The notes: generated by a model not told the origin, from the sequence alone. Positions 26,964-35,822 are shown, counted from the stretch's first letter. The stretch: 39,429 nt of DNA from a virus (IMGVR_UViG_3300047554_000375), one strand, 5' to 3'. Numbers and translations: made by a program.

Positions 26964-28751
26964 ATGGATATTGTCCATGGTATTAAGGTAGACTATAAAC
27001 GTGATGCATTGTTTGATGAACTTGGAGTAAAACGATTAAAAGAAAGTTACATGAAAGATGAAGAACAATCACCACAAGAGAGGTTTGCATTCGTTTCTAA
27101 CGCATTCGGTTCTAATCCTGAACACGCACAAAGGCTTTACGAATATTCTAGTAAACATTGGCTTTCATATTCTACTCCTATTCTGTCTTTTGGCAGGAGT
27201 CGTAGGGGTCTGCCTATTAGTTGTTTTCTACCATACCTCCATGATAGTGCAGAAGGTTTGGTCGATTGCTTGGCAGAAGTTAACTGGTTATCAATGTTAG
27301 GAGGAGGAATTGGAATTGGATTGGGCATTCGTTCTGCCGATGATAAGTCTACTGGTATTATGCCTCATTTGCGTACCTATGATGCGTCAAGCCTCGCATA
27401 TCGCCAAGGTCGTACTCGCCGTGGTTCTTACGCCGCTTATCTTGATATTTCTCACCCAGATGTTCCTATCTTTTTGGAGATGAGAAAGCCAACAGGTGAC
27501 CCCAATATGCGTTGCCTGAATCTACACCATGGTATCAACATCACAGATGATTTCATGCACCTGATTGAACAGGCTATGCTTGATCCTAATTTTGATGATA
27601 CATGGGAATTCAAAGACCCACACAGTGGTGAAGTCCGTGATACAATCTCTGCTAAACTATTGTGGCAACAAATTCTTGAAATGCGTATGTTAACGGGTGA
27701 ACCATACATTCACTTCATTGATACAAGCAACAAGGCTATGCCACAGTTTCAGAAAGATTTGGGTTTGAAGATTAATCAATCCAATCTATGCTCGGAGATT
27801 ATTCTACCAACAGATAAGGACCGTACTGCGGTATGTTGTTTATCGTCTGTTAACTTAGAATACTATGATGAATGGAAGAATGATCCATTGTTCTTGCATG
27901 ACATGGCTGAAATGCTTGATAATGTATTGGAGTATTTCATCCAGAATGCACCTGATGCTATCGCCCGTGCCAAATATTCTGCAATAAAAGAACGAAGCAT
28001 TGGTATCGGTGCATTAGGCTTTCATGCATATCTACAAAAGAATGGTGTTGCATTCGAAAGTGTAATTGCAAAATCATTGAACAATAAAATGTTCACACAC
28101 ATAAGAGGTAAACTAGATGAAGCAAATATCGAATTGGGGACTAAAAGAGGTTCTCCTGATGATTGTGCTGGCACCGGTCGTAGGTTTGCTCATGTTATGG
28201 CTATTGCTCCAAATGCTAGTTCATCTATTATTATGGGTAATACCAGCCCTTCTATTGAGCCTTATCGTGCTAATGCTTATCGTCAAGACACATTGAGTGG
28301 TTCATCATTAACAAAGAACAAGTGGCTTGATATTGTATTGCGTACAAAGAATTTGTCTGATGATGAATTGGCTGATGTATGGTCTTCTATCATTGCTAAC
28401 GATGGCTCAGTACAACACTTAGACATTCTAACTGATGATGAGAAAGAAGTGTTTAAGACTTCAATGGAGATTGACCAGCGTTGGGTTGTTGAACATGCCG
28501 CTGATAGACAACACTACATTGACCAAGCACAGTCATTGAATCTATTCTTTAGACCAGATGCCAATATTAAATACATTCATGCATGTCACTTCCTAGCATG
28601 GAAGAAAGGCTTGAAGACATTGTATTATTGCCGTAGTGAGAAATTGGCCAAGGCTGATAAAGTATCTAAACGAATTGAGCGTGAAGTTATCAAAGAGTTA
28701 GATATGAGTGCTATTGCACAAGGAAACGAATGCTTGGCATGTGAGGGTTAA
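26964..28751 (+). CDS. nrdA: Class I ribonucleotide reductase alpha subunit (short, no ATP cone)
   Basis: PISCF, SNLCSEI, VCCLSS, IAPNASS, TLYY, C-terminal CLACEG. Confidence 0.96.
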   Translation: MDIVHGIKVDYKRDALFDELGVKRLKESYMKDEEQSPQERFAFVSNAFGSNPEHAQRLYEYSSKHWLSYSTPILSFGRSRRGLPISCFLPYLHDSAEGLVDCLAEVNWLSMLGGGIGIGLGIRSADDKSTGIMPHLRTYDASSLAYRQGRTRRGSYAAYLDISHPDVPIFLEMRKPTGDPNMRCLNLHHGINITDDFMHLIEQAMLDPNFDDTWEFKDPHSGEVRDTISAKLLWQQILEMRMLTGEPYIHFIDTSNKAMPQFQKDLGLKINQSNLCSEIILPTDKDRTAVCCLSSVNLEYYDEWKNDPLFLHDMAEMLDNVLEYFIQNAPDAIARAKYSAIKERSIGIGALGFHAYLQKNGVAFESVIAKSLNNKMFTHIRGKLDEANIELGTKRGSPDDCAGTGRRFAHVMAIAPNASSSIIMGNTSPSIEPYRANAYRQDTLSGSSLTKNKWLDIVLRTKNLSDDELADVWSSIIANDGSVQHLDILTDDEKEVFKTSMEIDQRWVVEHAADRQHYIDQAQSLNLFFRPDANIKYIHACHFLAWKKGLKTLYYCRSEKLAKADKVSKRIEREVIKELDMSAIAQGNECLACEG

Positions 28752-29389
28752 TGAAACCTACTATAGCATTGTTTTTGCACCAACCTAAGTGTTCGGTGCA
28801 ATCTGGTAATGGTATAATGAAGTCATTGAAGGATCATTACAACTTCAAAATATTTACTAAGCATGAAGTTGAAGATGATTTCTTTAATGATGTTGATATG
28901 ATTTGTTTTCCTGGTGGTATCGGTGATGCAGATAGTTTTGAATCACTAACAAAAGCAAACAGGCAACAAATCAATCAATTCATAGAGCGAGGTGGTAAGT
29001 ATCTCGGTATTTGTATGGGTGCATATTGGGCAAGTGATGAATACTTTGGATTCTTAAAGAATGTTGAAGTTGAACAATATATCACCAGACCAAATACTGA
29101 TACACGAAGACCACATGCAAAGAACTTGGCTATTGAATGGCTCGGTGAGGATGTAAATATGTTTTTCTATGATGGTTGTGCATTTGGTGGTGGTCAGTAT
29201 GAGATTATCGCAAAATATAAAAACGATGATCCGATGGCTATCATACAAGGCAATGTTGGTTTGATTGGTTGCCATCCTGAGAGCCAAGCCAGTTGGTATG
29301 AAGAGTATAGTTGGATGCGTGGCAAGTATCACCACGGTAAACAACATGAATTGTTATTAGAATTTGTAAATAAGTTAATGGAGAAATAA
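28751..29389 (+). CDS. Class I glutamine amidotransferase-like (BPL-N-like) protein
   Basis: FPGG, YLGICMGAY nucleophile elbow, HPE. Confidence 0.75.
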   Translation: MKPTIALFLHQPKCSVQSGNGIMKSLKDHYNFKIFTKHEVEDDFFNDVDMICFPGGIGDADSFESLTKANRQQINQFIERGGKYLGICMGAYWASDEYFGFLKNVEVEQYITRPNTDTRRPHAKNLAIEWLGEDVNMFFYDGCAFGGGQYEIIAKYKNDDPMAIIQGNVGLIGCHPESQASWYEEYSWMRGKYHHGKQHELLLEFVNKLMEK

Positions 29390-29638
29390 ATGAAACAATT
29401 ATTAAAATTTTCGGCAACATGGTGTGGTCCATGTAAATCATTGTCAAGTAATATGAAAAATGTGGATTTAAAAGATGTTGAATTAAAAGAGATTGATGTA
29501 GATGAGAATATTGAAGAATCAAAGAAGTATGGCATCCGTGGTGTGCCAACATTGATACTATTAAATGATGGTGTTGAAGTTGGTCGCAAGTCTGGTGTGA
29601 TGCCGGCAGATAAAGTTGAGGAATTCATCCATGGTTAA
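29390..29638 (+). CDS. Thioredoxin
   Basis: WCGPC, GVPT; GGAG RBS. Confidence 0.93.
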   Translation: MKQLLKFSATWCGPCKSLSSNMKNVDLKDVELKEIDVDENIEESKKYGIRGVPTLILLNDGVEVGRKSGVMPADKVEEFIHG

Positions 29639-30626
29639 AAAGCAAAACACAGGTCGATTGACCGATGAGCGTAGTTCATTCAAGCCATTTAACTACCCAT
29701 GGGCATACGATGCCTGGTTGAAACATGAACAATCACACTGGTTGCACACCGAAGTGCCTATGCTTGAAGATGTGAAAGATTGGAAGAAACGATTGACTGC
29801 CGAAGAGAAACAATTTCTCACACATATCTTCCGTTTCTTTACACAAGGTGATATTGATGTGGCAGGTGGCTATGTTAACAACTATCTACCATACTTCCCT
29901 CAACCAGAGGTGCGTATGATGTTGTTGGGTTTTGCGGCTCGTGAAGCCTTGCATGTGGCTGCATATAGCCACTTGATTGAAACTCTTGGACTACCAGAGA
30001 CAATGTATAATGAATTCTTGGCATACGAGGAGATGAGAGCCAAGCATGATTATATTTTGGACCTATCAAAACAAAATACAACAAAAGAAAATACTGCTAA
30101 ACATATTGCCGTGTTCTCTGCATTCACCGAGGGTATGCAATTGTTTAGTTCATTCATTATGTTGTTGAACTTCCCACGCCACGGTAAGATGAAAGGTATG
30201 GGACAGATTGTTACCTGGTCTATCGTTGATGAAACTATGCATGCCGAGAACATGATGAAGATGTTTAAGACATACATTAATGAGAATCAAGAAATTTGGA
30301 ATGATGAACTCAAATCATCCATCTATACCATTGCCGAACGCATGGTAGAATTGGAAGACAAATTCATTGACCTTGCATTTGGTATTAATGAGATGGAAGG
30401 GTTGACAAAAGAAGATGTTAAGAAGTATATTAGATACATTGCCGACCGCCGTTTGATTGGCTTGGGCATGAAAGGCATTTTCAAAGTCAAACGCAACCCA
30501 TTGCCATGGGTAGAGGAAATGATTAATGCACCAACGCATACCAATTTCTTTGAGAATCGTGCGACAGACTATGCCAAAGGTGCCTTGTCTGGTTCATGGG
30601 ATGAGGTATTCCCACAAGCCCATTGA
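29631..30626 (+). CDS. nrdB: Ribonucleotide reductase beta subunit
   Basis: FFTQGD, EALHVAAY (tyrosyl radical), EGMQLFSSF, DETMH, NFFENRATDY. Confidence 0.96.
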   Translation: MVKKQNTGRLTDERSSFKPFNYPWAYDAWLKHEQSHWLHTEVPMLEDVKDWKKRLTAEEKQFLTHIFRFFTQGDIDVAGGYVNNYLPYFPQPEVRMMLLGFAAREALHVAAYSHLIETLGLPETMYNEFLAYEEMRAKHDYILDLSKQNTTKENTAKHIAVFSAFTEGMQLFSSFIMLLNFPRHGKMKGMGQIVTWSIVDETMHAENMMKMFKTYINENQEIWNDELKSSIYTIAERMVELEDKFIDLAFGINEMEGLTKEDVKKYIRYIADRRLIGLGMKGIFKVKRNPLPWVEEMINAPTHTNFFENRATDYAKGALSGSWDEVFPQAH

Positions 30627-30647
30627 TGGTAATAATATAATTAATAC

Positions 30648-30676
30648 TTGACAAACTAACAGGGATGACTTATAAT
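30648..30676 (+). promoter_or_regulatory. Consensus sigma70 (early-type) promoter
   Basis: TTGACA N17 TATAAT with AT-rich UP region. Confidence 0.85.
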
Positions 30677-30692
30677 TAGTCATCCCTTTTTT
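30661..30692 (+). terminator. Intrinsic terminator after nrdB
   Basis: AGGGATGACT/AGTCATCCCT 10-bp stem, loop TATAATT, T6 tail. Confidence 0.8.
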
Positions 30693-30705
30693 ATATGGAG
30701 TTGTA

Positions 30706-30888
30706 ATGAATTATTTGATTGCGCTGATTATTGTCCTTGCGCTTGTTATCCTACTACCACTGGCTACAATCTGGTCGCTGAATACATTGTTTCCAGCATT
30801 AGATATCCAATACACAATTGAAACATGGTTAGCGGCTGTGTTCCTATCCAATGGTGTATTTGGTAAACATGTGAAGTTGATGAAATGA
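30706..30888 (+). CDS. Small membrane protein
   Basis: GGAG RBS; two hydrophobic segments. Confidence 0.65.
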   Translation: MNYLIALIIVLALVILLPLATIWSLNTLFPALDIQYTIETWLAAVFLSNGVFGKHVKLMK

Positions 30889-31136
30889 CAGCCAAATTTG
30901 GATTGAATAAGATTGATACATTTGCTTATGAATCAGGACTATGGGCTGATGGCACACCAGATAGTTTTGACACCAAAGCGATTGAATCATTCTCTGAAAA
31001 GATTCTGAGTGATGTGTTGAATATTATTATGGACACCGATGTTCGTAAGCACACCTACACCACATATGATAAAGATATGGCAGAATCAATTAAACTAAGA
31101 ATCATTCATAATATCACACAAGAATATTTGAAATGA
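30885..31136 (+). CDS. Hypothetical protein
   Basis: ATGA-coupled chain. Confidence 0.6.
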   Translation: MTAKFGLNKIDTFAYESGLWADGTPDSFDTKAIESFSEKILSDVLNIIMDTDVRKHTYTTYDKDMAESIKLRIIHNITQEYLK

Positions 31137-31366
31137 GAATAATTGATTTGATTAAAAAGTTGGAAGACTTGTATTGCACCTATGATGATGAATACAAACA
31201 CTTCATGGGTGAGCCTGAGATTATGATTGATTGTTTCGGTATTGATGATACTGGTAATAATATAGAGTATCTTGGGTTTATGAAAGAAATTCATATTGAA
31301 AAGAGCGCCGATGGCGTGTATGATATACTAAGAGCATTTGATATAAAGGACCCAAAGAATGACTGA
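31133..31366 (+). CDS. Hypothetical protein
   Basis: ATGA-coupled chain. Confidence 0.6.
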   Translation: MRIIDLIKKLEDLYCTYDDEYKHFMGEPEIMIDCFGIDDTGNNIEYLGFMKEIHIEKSADGVYDILRAFDIKDPKND

Positions 31367-31568
31367 TGCAAAAGTTGAAAAAAAAGAAATTAAATTTGAA
31401 GGTAAAATTACCACACCTGAGCGTGTGAAGCCAAAAGTAATTCAGATTGCCACTAGCACCACAAATACTGGTCAAGTATTATTGGTTGCATTGATGGATG
31501 ATGGCTCAATGCACCGCCGTATTGTTAATAGTGACAGCGCAACCTGGGTTGAAGTCCCTGCTATCTAA
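31359..31568 (+). CDS. Hypothetical protein
   Basis: AAGGA RBS; overlap with upstream gene. Confidence 0.6.
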   Translation: MTDAKVEKKEIKFEGKITTPERVKPKVIQIATSTTNTGQVLLVALMDDGSMHRRIVNSDSATWVEVPAI

Positions 31569-31882
31569 TGGCTCTGCATTTCAACAATGATCCTATTCGT
31601 CCATATAATGAGAATTTGGACATTAAAGAATATGCCATTGGTGGTAAACTATTAACAGCCAGTCTTATGTCGGATGAGGATACCATACAATCAATGGGTA
31701 AAGACTTCATAAAAGAGAAACTGGCTGTACAGTTGGCTATGGGTATGTTGGAAAATAAAATGGTTGAGTTTACATCCATGCGTGACCATTTAACGCTTTC
31801 AATAAAGATACATGCTAGATGTTATTTGGCACCAGATAATCAAGTGAAAATTATACGAGAACTGAAAGATGGCAGATTTTAA
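31568..31882 (+). CDS. Hypothetical protein
   Basis: TAATG coupling. Confidence 0.6.
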   Translation: MALHFNNDPIRPYNENLDIKEYAIGGKLLTASLMSDEDTIQSMGKDFIKEKLAVQLAMGMLENKMVEFTSMRDHLTLSIKIHARCYLAPDNQVKIIRELKDGRF

Positions 31883-32432
31883 TTTTGAAGAAACAAAAAG
31901 AATTGTGCAAGTGAAATACCAATTACAGGATTTACTTCTCGGTAAGATGACACAAATGGACTCTCGTGTTCAGGTGTTAGTTAAATTGTATGGTATTGTA
32001 ACTGGTGGTGCATCAGCCTCATTATTTCATGGGCAAGAACCAAACGACTATGATATATTTTTCAAGCACGAACATGCCCGTGATGAATTCCAGCACCTAT
32101 TGAAAGATGATAGTATAATCAAAGATGTTGCGGATGTTAATCCAAAATATGGCGTTGAGGTGTTGGTCAATGGTAAATTGGTAACATCACATGCCGTGAC
32201 ATTTAAGAATGGTATTCAGATTGTTACAATGAACACCTCAAACGCAAGAGAGACATTTGATTATGTCCACACTATGCCATGGTATGATTGTGATGAGAGA
32301 AAATATTATATCTCACATGCACAATATAAATCCATCATTGATAAAAAACTGGTGAAGAATCCTCATCCAAAATCATATGGTGTAACACCCAAACGAATGC
32401 AAAAATTTATTGATAGAGGTTGGACTATATGA
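31869..32432 (+). CDS. Pol-beta superfamily nucleotidyltransferase-like protein
   Basis: VTGGASAS...NDYDIFF (GG...DxD), later FDY. Confidence 0.6.
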   Translation: MADFNFEETKRIVQVKYQLQDLLLGKMTQMDSRVQVLVKLYGIVTGGASASLFHGQEPNDYDIFFKHEHARDEFQHLLKDDSIIKDVADVNPKYGVEVLVNGKLVTSHAVTFKNGIQIVTMNTSNARETFDYVHTMPWYDCDERKYYISHAQYKSIIDKKLVKNPHPKSYGVTPKRMQKFIDRGWTI

Positions 32433-32614
32433 AAGATGATACCGTAGCCGCACTTTTTGTTGGTGCTATTTGCATTATGTTGGTGGGTTGTTTATTTGGT
32501 TATAAACTTGGTACAGGTAATTCATATGATAATTGTATCAACTATTACTCCGACCTATCGGTTGTTGATGCACGAGCCACTTGTAAAAAGATTGTGAATG
32601 AGGGTAAAAAATGA
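32429..32614 (+). CDS. Small membrane-anchored protein
   Basis: GAGG RBS; one TM; Cys pair. Confidence 0.55.
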   Translation: MKDDTVAALFVGAICIMLVGCLFGYKLGTGNSYDNCINYYSDLSVVDARATCKKIVNEGKK

Positions 32615-32796
32615 GTGAAGATGAAGATTATGATGTTGTCATTGATGTGTTACAGAAACACCGTTCTGTTCTGTGGAAAATGACGAATCTGAATATGGCT
32701 TCCGATCCCGGTGGTCTCGGTATTATGGATCAAATACGATTAGAACAAATTGACCAACTAGATAAAGCAATTAATATGTGGATAAAAAACAAATGA
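32611..32796 (+). CDS. Hypothetical protein
   Basis: GAGG RBS; ATGA coupling. Confidence 0.6.
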   Translation: MSEDEDYDVVIDVLQKHRSVLWKMTNLNMASDPGGLGIMDQIRLEQIDQLDKAINMWIKNK

Positions 32797-33155
32797 GTGA
32801 AGAAATGGTAGCAAAGCGTGAGAAGTATTGGTGGGAGCATTATCCTCTACACCAATTGTGGTGTAATGATGCCTGCCCATTGGTACCACGATTTGAATAT
32901 CGTGCCGGTGATGAATGGAATGCCAATAATTGGTCGTTGCATTGGTTGATATTCCATATTTGGACATTAGAACATTTTTCGTTCGGTGTTGATGCATCAT
33001 TAGCACAAGATAGTATTTCAGTTGGATTCATTGTGCCATATCTGAGAGTTATAATCGGCTTTCACCATGTGTGGCATTGGACATGGATGTATAAACTCGG
33101 ACACAAACTCCGCCGCAAGCCTGCAATGAAGAACTATAAGGGAGAATACAATTGA
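32793..33155 (+). CDS. Trp/His-rich hypothetical protein
   Basis: ATGA coupling at 32793. Confidence 0.6.
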   Translation: MSEEMVAKREKYWWEHYPLHQLWCNDACPLVPRFEYRAGDEWNANNWSLHWLIFHIWTLEHFSFGVDASLAQDSISVGFIVPYLRVIIGFHHVWHWTWMYKLGHKLRRKPAMKNYKGEYN

Positions 33156-33328
33156 GTGAATCAATATCAGATAATGAAGTCAAGGTCCTTAAATGGCTGA
33201 TGATTAAGAATATGGTCCTCATTGTTACCACAGCATTGTCGGTATACTATATCTCACCATGGATGTTTTGTATGTTATTGTGTTATACTACATACTCTCG
33301 TAAAGATGGTGAGGAGAAACAGTTATGA
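33152..33328 (+). CDS. 58-aa membrane protein (absent from ORF track)
   Basis: GGGAG RBS, TTG start, fills the gap with 4-nt overlaps at both ends; hydrophobic core. Confidence 0.55.
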   Translation: MSESISDNEVKVLKWLMIKNMVLIVTTALSVYYISPWMFCMLLCYTTYSRKDGEEKQL

Positions 33329-33573
33329 GTAAAGATGAAGACAAAATCAAACACAGTAAACGCCTACACCAGGAACAAACTGCGATTGATAAACAAGTGA
33401 AGATTGCGAAAGCCCATGGTATTGCAGTAAAAGAGCCTCACAAACTGGCTAAACATCATGCATTAGATTGTGGTATACCAGATTGTCCCGTGTGTTCAAG
33501 CCCACGCAAAACAACAGGCGAGAAAACAAAACAGGAACAATCATTCGCACAGACAGAAAAATGGAATGACTAA
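33325..33573 (+). CDS. Hypothetical protein with Cys/His cluster
   Basis: GAGGAG RBS; KHHALDCGIPDCPVC. Confidence 0.65.
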   Translation: MSKDEDKIKHSKRLHQEQTAIDKQVKIAKAHGIAVKEPHKLAKHHALDCGIPDCPVCSSPRKTTGEKTKQEQSFAQTEKWND

Positions 33574-33676
33574 AGAATTGTTTGAATACTTCATGTTTGG
33601 ATATTTGATGGGTATATTGACACCATTCATATTGAAAATCATAGATGAGATTAAATTAATGTTTAAGGAGTGGTGA
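33566..33676 (+). CDS. 36-aa membrane peptide
   Basis: Fills the gap, single TM, coupled to next gene. Confidence 0.45.
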   Translation: MTKELFEYFMFGYLMGILTPFILKIIDEIKLMFKEW

Positions 33677-33903
33677 TGGCAATTAAAACACCAGAAACAG
33701 ATTGCGTTAAAGAATGTAGGTTCAAGTTTGGTAATGTATTCACCACGGCTGTATACTATCAACCAATCTATGATAAAACAGGTAAATTGATATCAAGTGA
33801 CGGCAACAAATCTAGCGGTGAGTGTGATTGTGTTGAATGTGGTAGGCATTGGACATATATCACCGCATATGATAAAACAACATTTACAGAATGGAATAAC
33901 TGA
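33676..33903 (+). CDS. Small zinc-ribbon-like protein
   Basis: AAGGAG RBS; CVKEC...CVEC. Confidence 0.6.
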   Translation: MAIKTPETDCVKECRFKFGNVFTTAVYYQPIYDKTGKLISSDGNKSSGECDCVECGRHWTYITAYDKTTFTEWNN

Positions 33904-34103
33904 TGAACACAAGACTATTGCATGAAATTTGGGAATTAACTATTCAAGCACAGGACCCATATATGACTGGGTACTATACATTTGAAAAGAAGAAAACACT
34001 ATGGATGATTAAAAAAATCCTTGATAGTGAAATGCCTAAATTGCCAAAGCATGTGGGTGAAGATGAATGGTTGAAAGAACAGGAGATTAAAAATGGATAT
34101 TGA
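33903..34103 (+). CDS. Hypothetical protein
   Basis: TGATG coupling. Confidence 0.6.
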   Translation: MNTRLLHEIWELTIQAQDPYMTGYYTFEKKKTLWMIKKILDSEMPKLPKHVGEDEWLKEQEIKNGY

Positions 34104-34287
34104 TAGTGCATTGACCTTTTTTGGTAGTTCATTATTCATTGCCCTTGGTATTATTGTTATCGGTGCGGCAGTATTGGTAGTAAATAATCTGTTTATGAAA
34201 TTCTGGAAGCCTGTCCCTATTTGGACCATTCCACAATATAAATTTGTTGAGCATCCAATCAATAAGACCGATGAGCCTAAATTGTGA
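34093..34287 (+). CDS. Small membrane protein
   Basis: AGGAG RBS; one TM. Confidence 0.65.
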   Translation: MDIDSALTFFGSSLFIALGIIVIGAAVLVVNNLFMKFWKPVPIWTIPQYKFVEHPINKTDEPKL

Positions 34288-34421
34288 GTGATGCTGAATT
34301 ACAATCCATTGGTGAAAGAATGGTAGCATTGTATGGTGATGAATTGCCTGACCCTGACCAATGCCCCATTCAATTTGCATTCTATGTGAAAATGTTTATG
34401 TATTTTCACAATACAAAATAG
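34284..34421 (+). CDS. 45-aa hypothetical protein (absent from ORF track)
   Basis: GTGA overlap; MSDAELQSIGERMVALYGDELPDPDQCPIQFAFYVKMF. Confidence 0.55.
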   Translation: MSDAELQSIGERMVALYGDELPDPDQCPIQFAFYVKMFMYFHNTK

Positions 34422-34442
34422 AGTTGGTATTCTATGAAATCC

Positions 34443-34475
34443 ATGTTGCAATGCAACATATAAGTGCTATATAAT
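34443..34475 (+). promoter_or_regulatory. Sigma70 promoter with palindromic (PhaR-like) operator over the -35
   Basis: ATGTTGCA-A-TGCAACAT perfect palindrome; TTGCAA N18 TATAAT. Confidence 0.65.
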
Positions 34476-34532
34476 TATATGACACCGCCAACCGGGGTGT
34501 TAATTATTAATCGCTTATTAAAGGATAAAAAA

Positions 34533-34760
34533 ATGGATATCACTAAATTCAACGACAAAGCCAAGGCTCTTTCACTATCAATCATTGATGCAAACGAAAA
34601 GGGCGCAAAGACAGTTATCAACTCTTGGGAAAAATTCCTAGGTGCCGAATCTGCTACATATATGCATGGGCTAACAAAAGTAGCGGAAGAAGTATCAAAG
34701 AATGCAAGAAAAATCGTTGAAGACTGCTCGGGATTTGCTAATGCAGGACATACAAAATAA
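34533..34760 (+). CDS. Small amphipathic helical protein, phasin-like candidate
   Basis: AAGGA RBS; 75 aa, Ala/Lys/Glu-rich, no Pro; downstream of PhaR-like box. Confidence 0.5.
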   Translation: MDITKFNDKAKALSLSIIDANEKGAKTVINSWEKFLGAESATYMHGLTKVAEEVSKNARKIVEDCSGFANAGHTK

Positions 34761-34968
34761 TACCAGTTATTTTGATCCTGTTGTTAGGAATGGTTGGGTA
34801 ATAAAATTTTCAGTTTATAAGAACTCTGACATATTATTGTTATTCACCTCAAAATTTACAGGACAAACGATTATTCGTTACTTCAAAGAAGAGGATGATG
34901 CTGTAGACTTTATTAATTTCATAATTACAAAAGACCCTACAGTATACCAGAATCCACTAGAATTCTAA
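34741..34968 (+). CDS. Hypothetical protein (start uncertain, 34702 or 34741)
   Basis: ORF ending just before a terminator. Confidence 0.55.
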   Translation: MQDIQNNTSYFDPVVRNGWVIKFSVYKNSDILLLFTSKFTGQTIIRYFKEEDDAVDFINFIITKDPTVYQNPLEF

Positions 34969-34980
34969 CGGTAATAATTC

Positions 34981-35009
34981 AACCCACCCATTGCGGTGGG
35001 TTTTGTTTT
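34981..35009 (+). terminator. Intrinsic terminator
   Basis: AACCCACC/GGTGGGTT stem with T-rich tail. Confidence 0.7.
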
Positions 35010-35019
35010 GTGTTATAAT
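34991..35019 (+). promoter_or_regulatory. Extended -10 sigma70 promoter overlapping the terminator
   Basis: TTGCGG N17 TATAAT with TGn extension; ATG 6 nt downstream. Confidence 0.6.
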
Positions 35020-35025
35020 AGGCTT

Positions 35026-35394
35026 ATGAACAAGCCAATCAAATATATTGTCGCTGGTAATTATAATGAATACCAAGCCTATGTGAGAAGAAAAACACGG
35101 GACCAAGTTTATTACAAATATGTTTCCGATGTTGATATAATTCGTGGACTATCTGAGATTGATGGTTATTATATTGGCTCCTATGCCAGTAGAAAAGATA
35201 TTGAACATATTAGAGTGCATATCAATATCATAAAATCAAAACAAAAAATTGATGAGATTAAGCCACTAAAATATGAGTGGAAAGGTCCTGGTCCTGGTAT
35301 TGGTTTTGTAGCACAGGAAATTGGCCATGTATTATCTGATGAATTTTCCAGAGCATATAATGGTGGTGATATTGAAGAGTATATGAAAAGATGA
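35026..35394 (+). CDS. Hypothetical protein (probably leaderless)
   Basis: ATG 35026 just after the -10; no SD. Confidence 0.6.
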   Translation: MNKPIKYIVAGNYNEYQAYVRRKTRDQVYYKYVSDVDIIRGLSEIDGYYIGSYASRKDIEHIRVHINIIKSKQKIDEIKPLKYEWKGPGPGIGFVAQEIGHVLSDEFSRAYNGGDIEEYMKR

Positions 35395-35822
35395 AAGTAA
35401 TTATTGCCGGCACCAGGTCATTTACCAATTTTGATTATATCAAAGGTTACATGGCAACATTACCACCTTGGGTAGAGATTACCGAAGTTGTATCCGGAGG
35501 TGCCACCGGTGTCGATACACTTGCAATTGCCTGGGCTTCCATGTATAATAAGCCATACAAAGTATTTCATGCTGAGTGGGATAGGTTAGGCCGTAGAGCC
35601 GGACCAATCCGCAACGCTGAGATGGCGGTGTATGCTGATGGGCTGATAGCATTCTGGAATGGTGAATCAAAAGGCACCAAGAATATGATTGACCAAATGG
35701 CAGCCAAAGGTGCTTGGGTGTATGTTGTGAGAACTGATATACCTTGGTGTAAACAATTTGATAATGGAATTCCAATACTAAACAATGTCCATGTATGGAA
35801 CCAAAATGCGAGAACTGCATAA
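35391..35822 (+). CDS. SLOG-superfamily YspA/DUF2493-like nucleotide-binding protein
   Basis: VIIAGTRSF, VVSGGATGVD, AGPIRNAEM, SKGTKNMI. Confidence 0.85.
   Translation: MKVIIAGTRSFTNFDYIKGYMATLPPWVEITEVVSGGATGVDTLAIAWASMYNKPYKVFHAEWDRLGRRAGPIRNAEMAVYADGLIAFWNGESKGTKNMIDQMAAKGAWVYVVRTDIPWCKQFDNGIPILNNVHVWNQNARTA

Noticed and set aside
26264-30626. Introns or inteins in thyX, nrdA, nrdB (also checked gp43 and gp41)
   Set aside because: Frames are continuous, lengths are ordinary and no intein or homing-endonuclease insertions are visible
34421-34533. tRNA or structured ncRNA in the largest intergenic gap
   Set aside because: No cloverleaf or T-loop motif; the gap is explained by operator, promoter, short leader hairpin and RBS. 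No tRNA seen elsewhere
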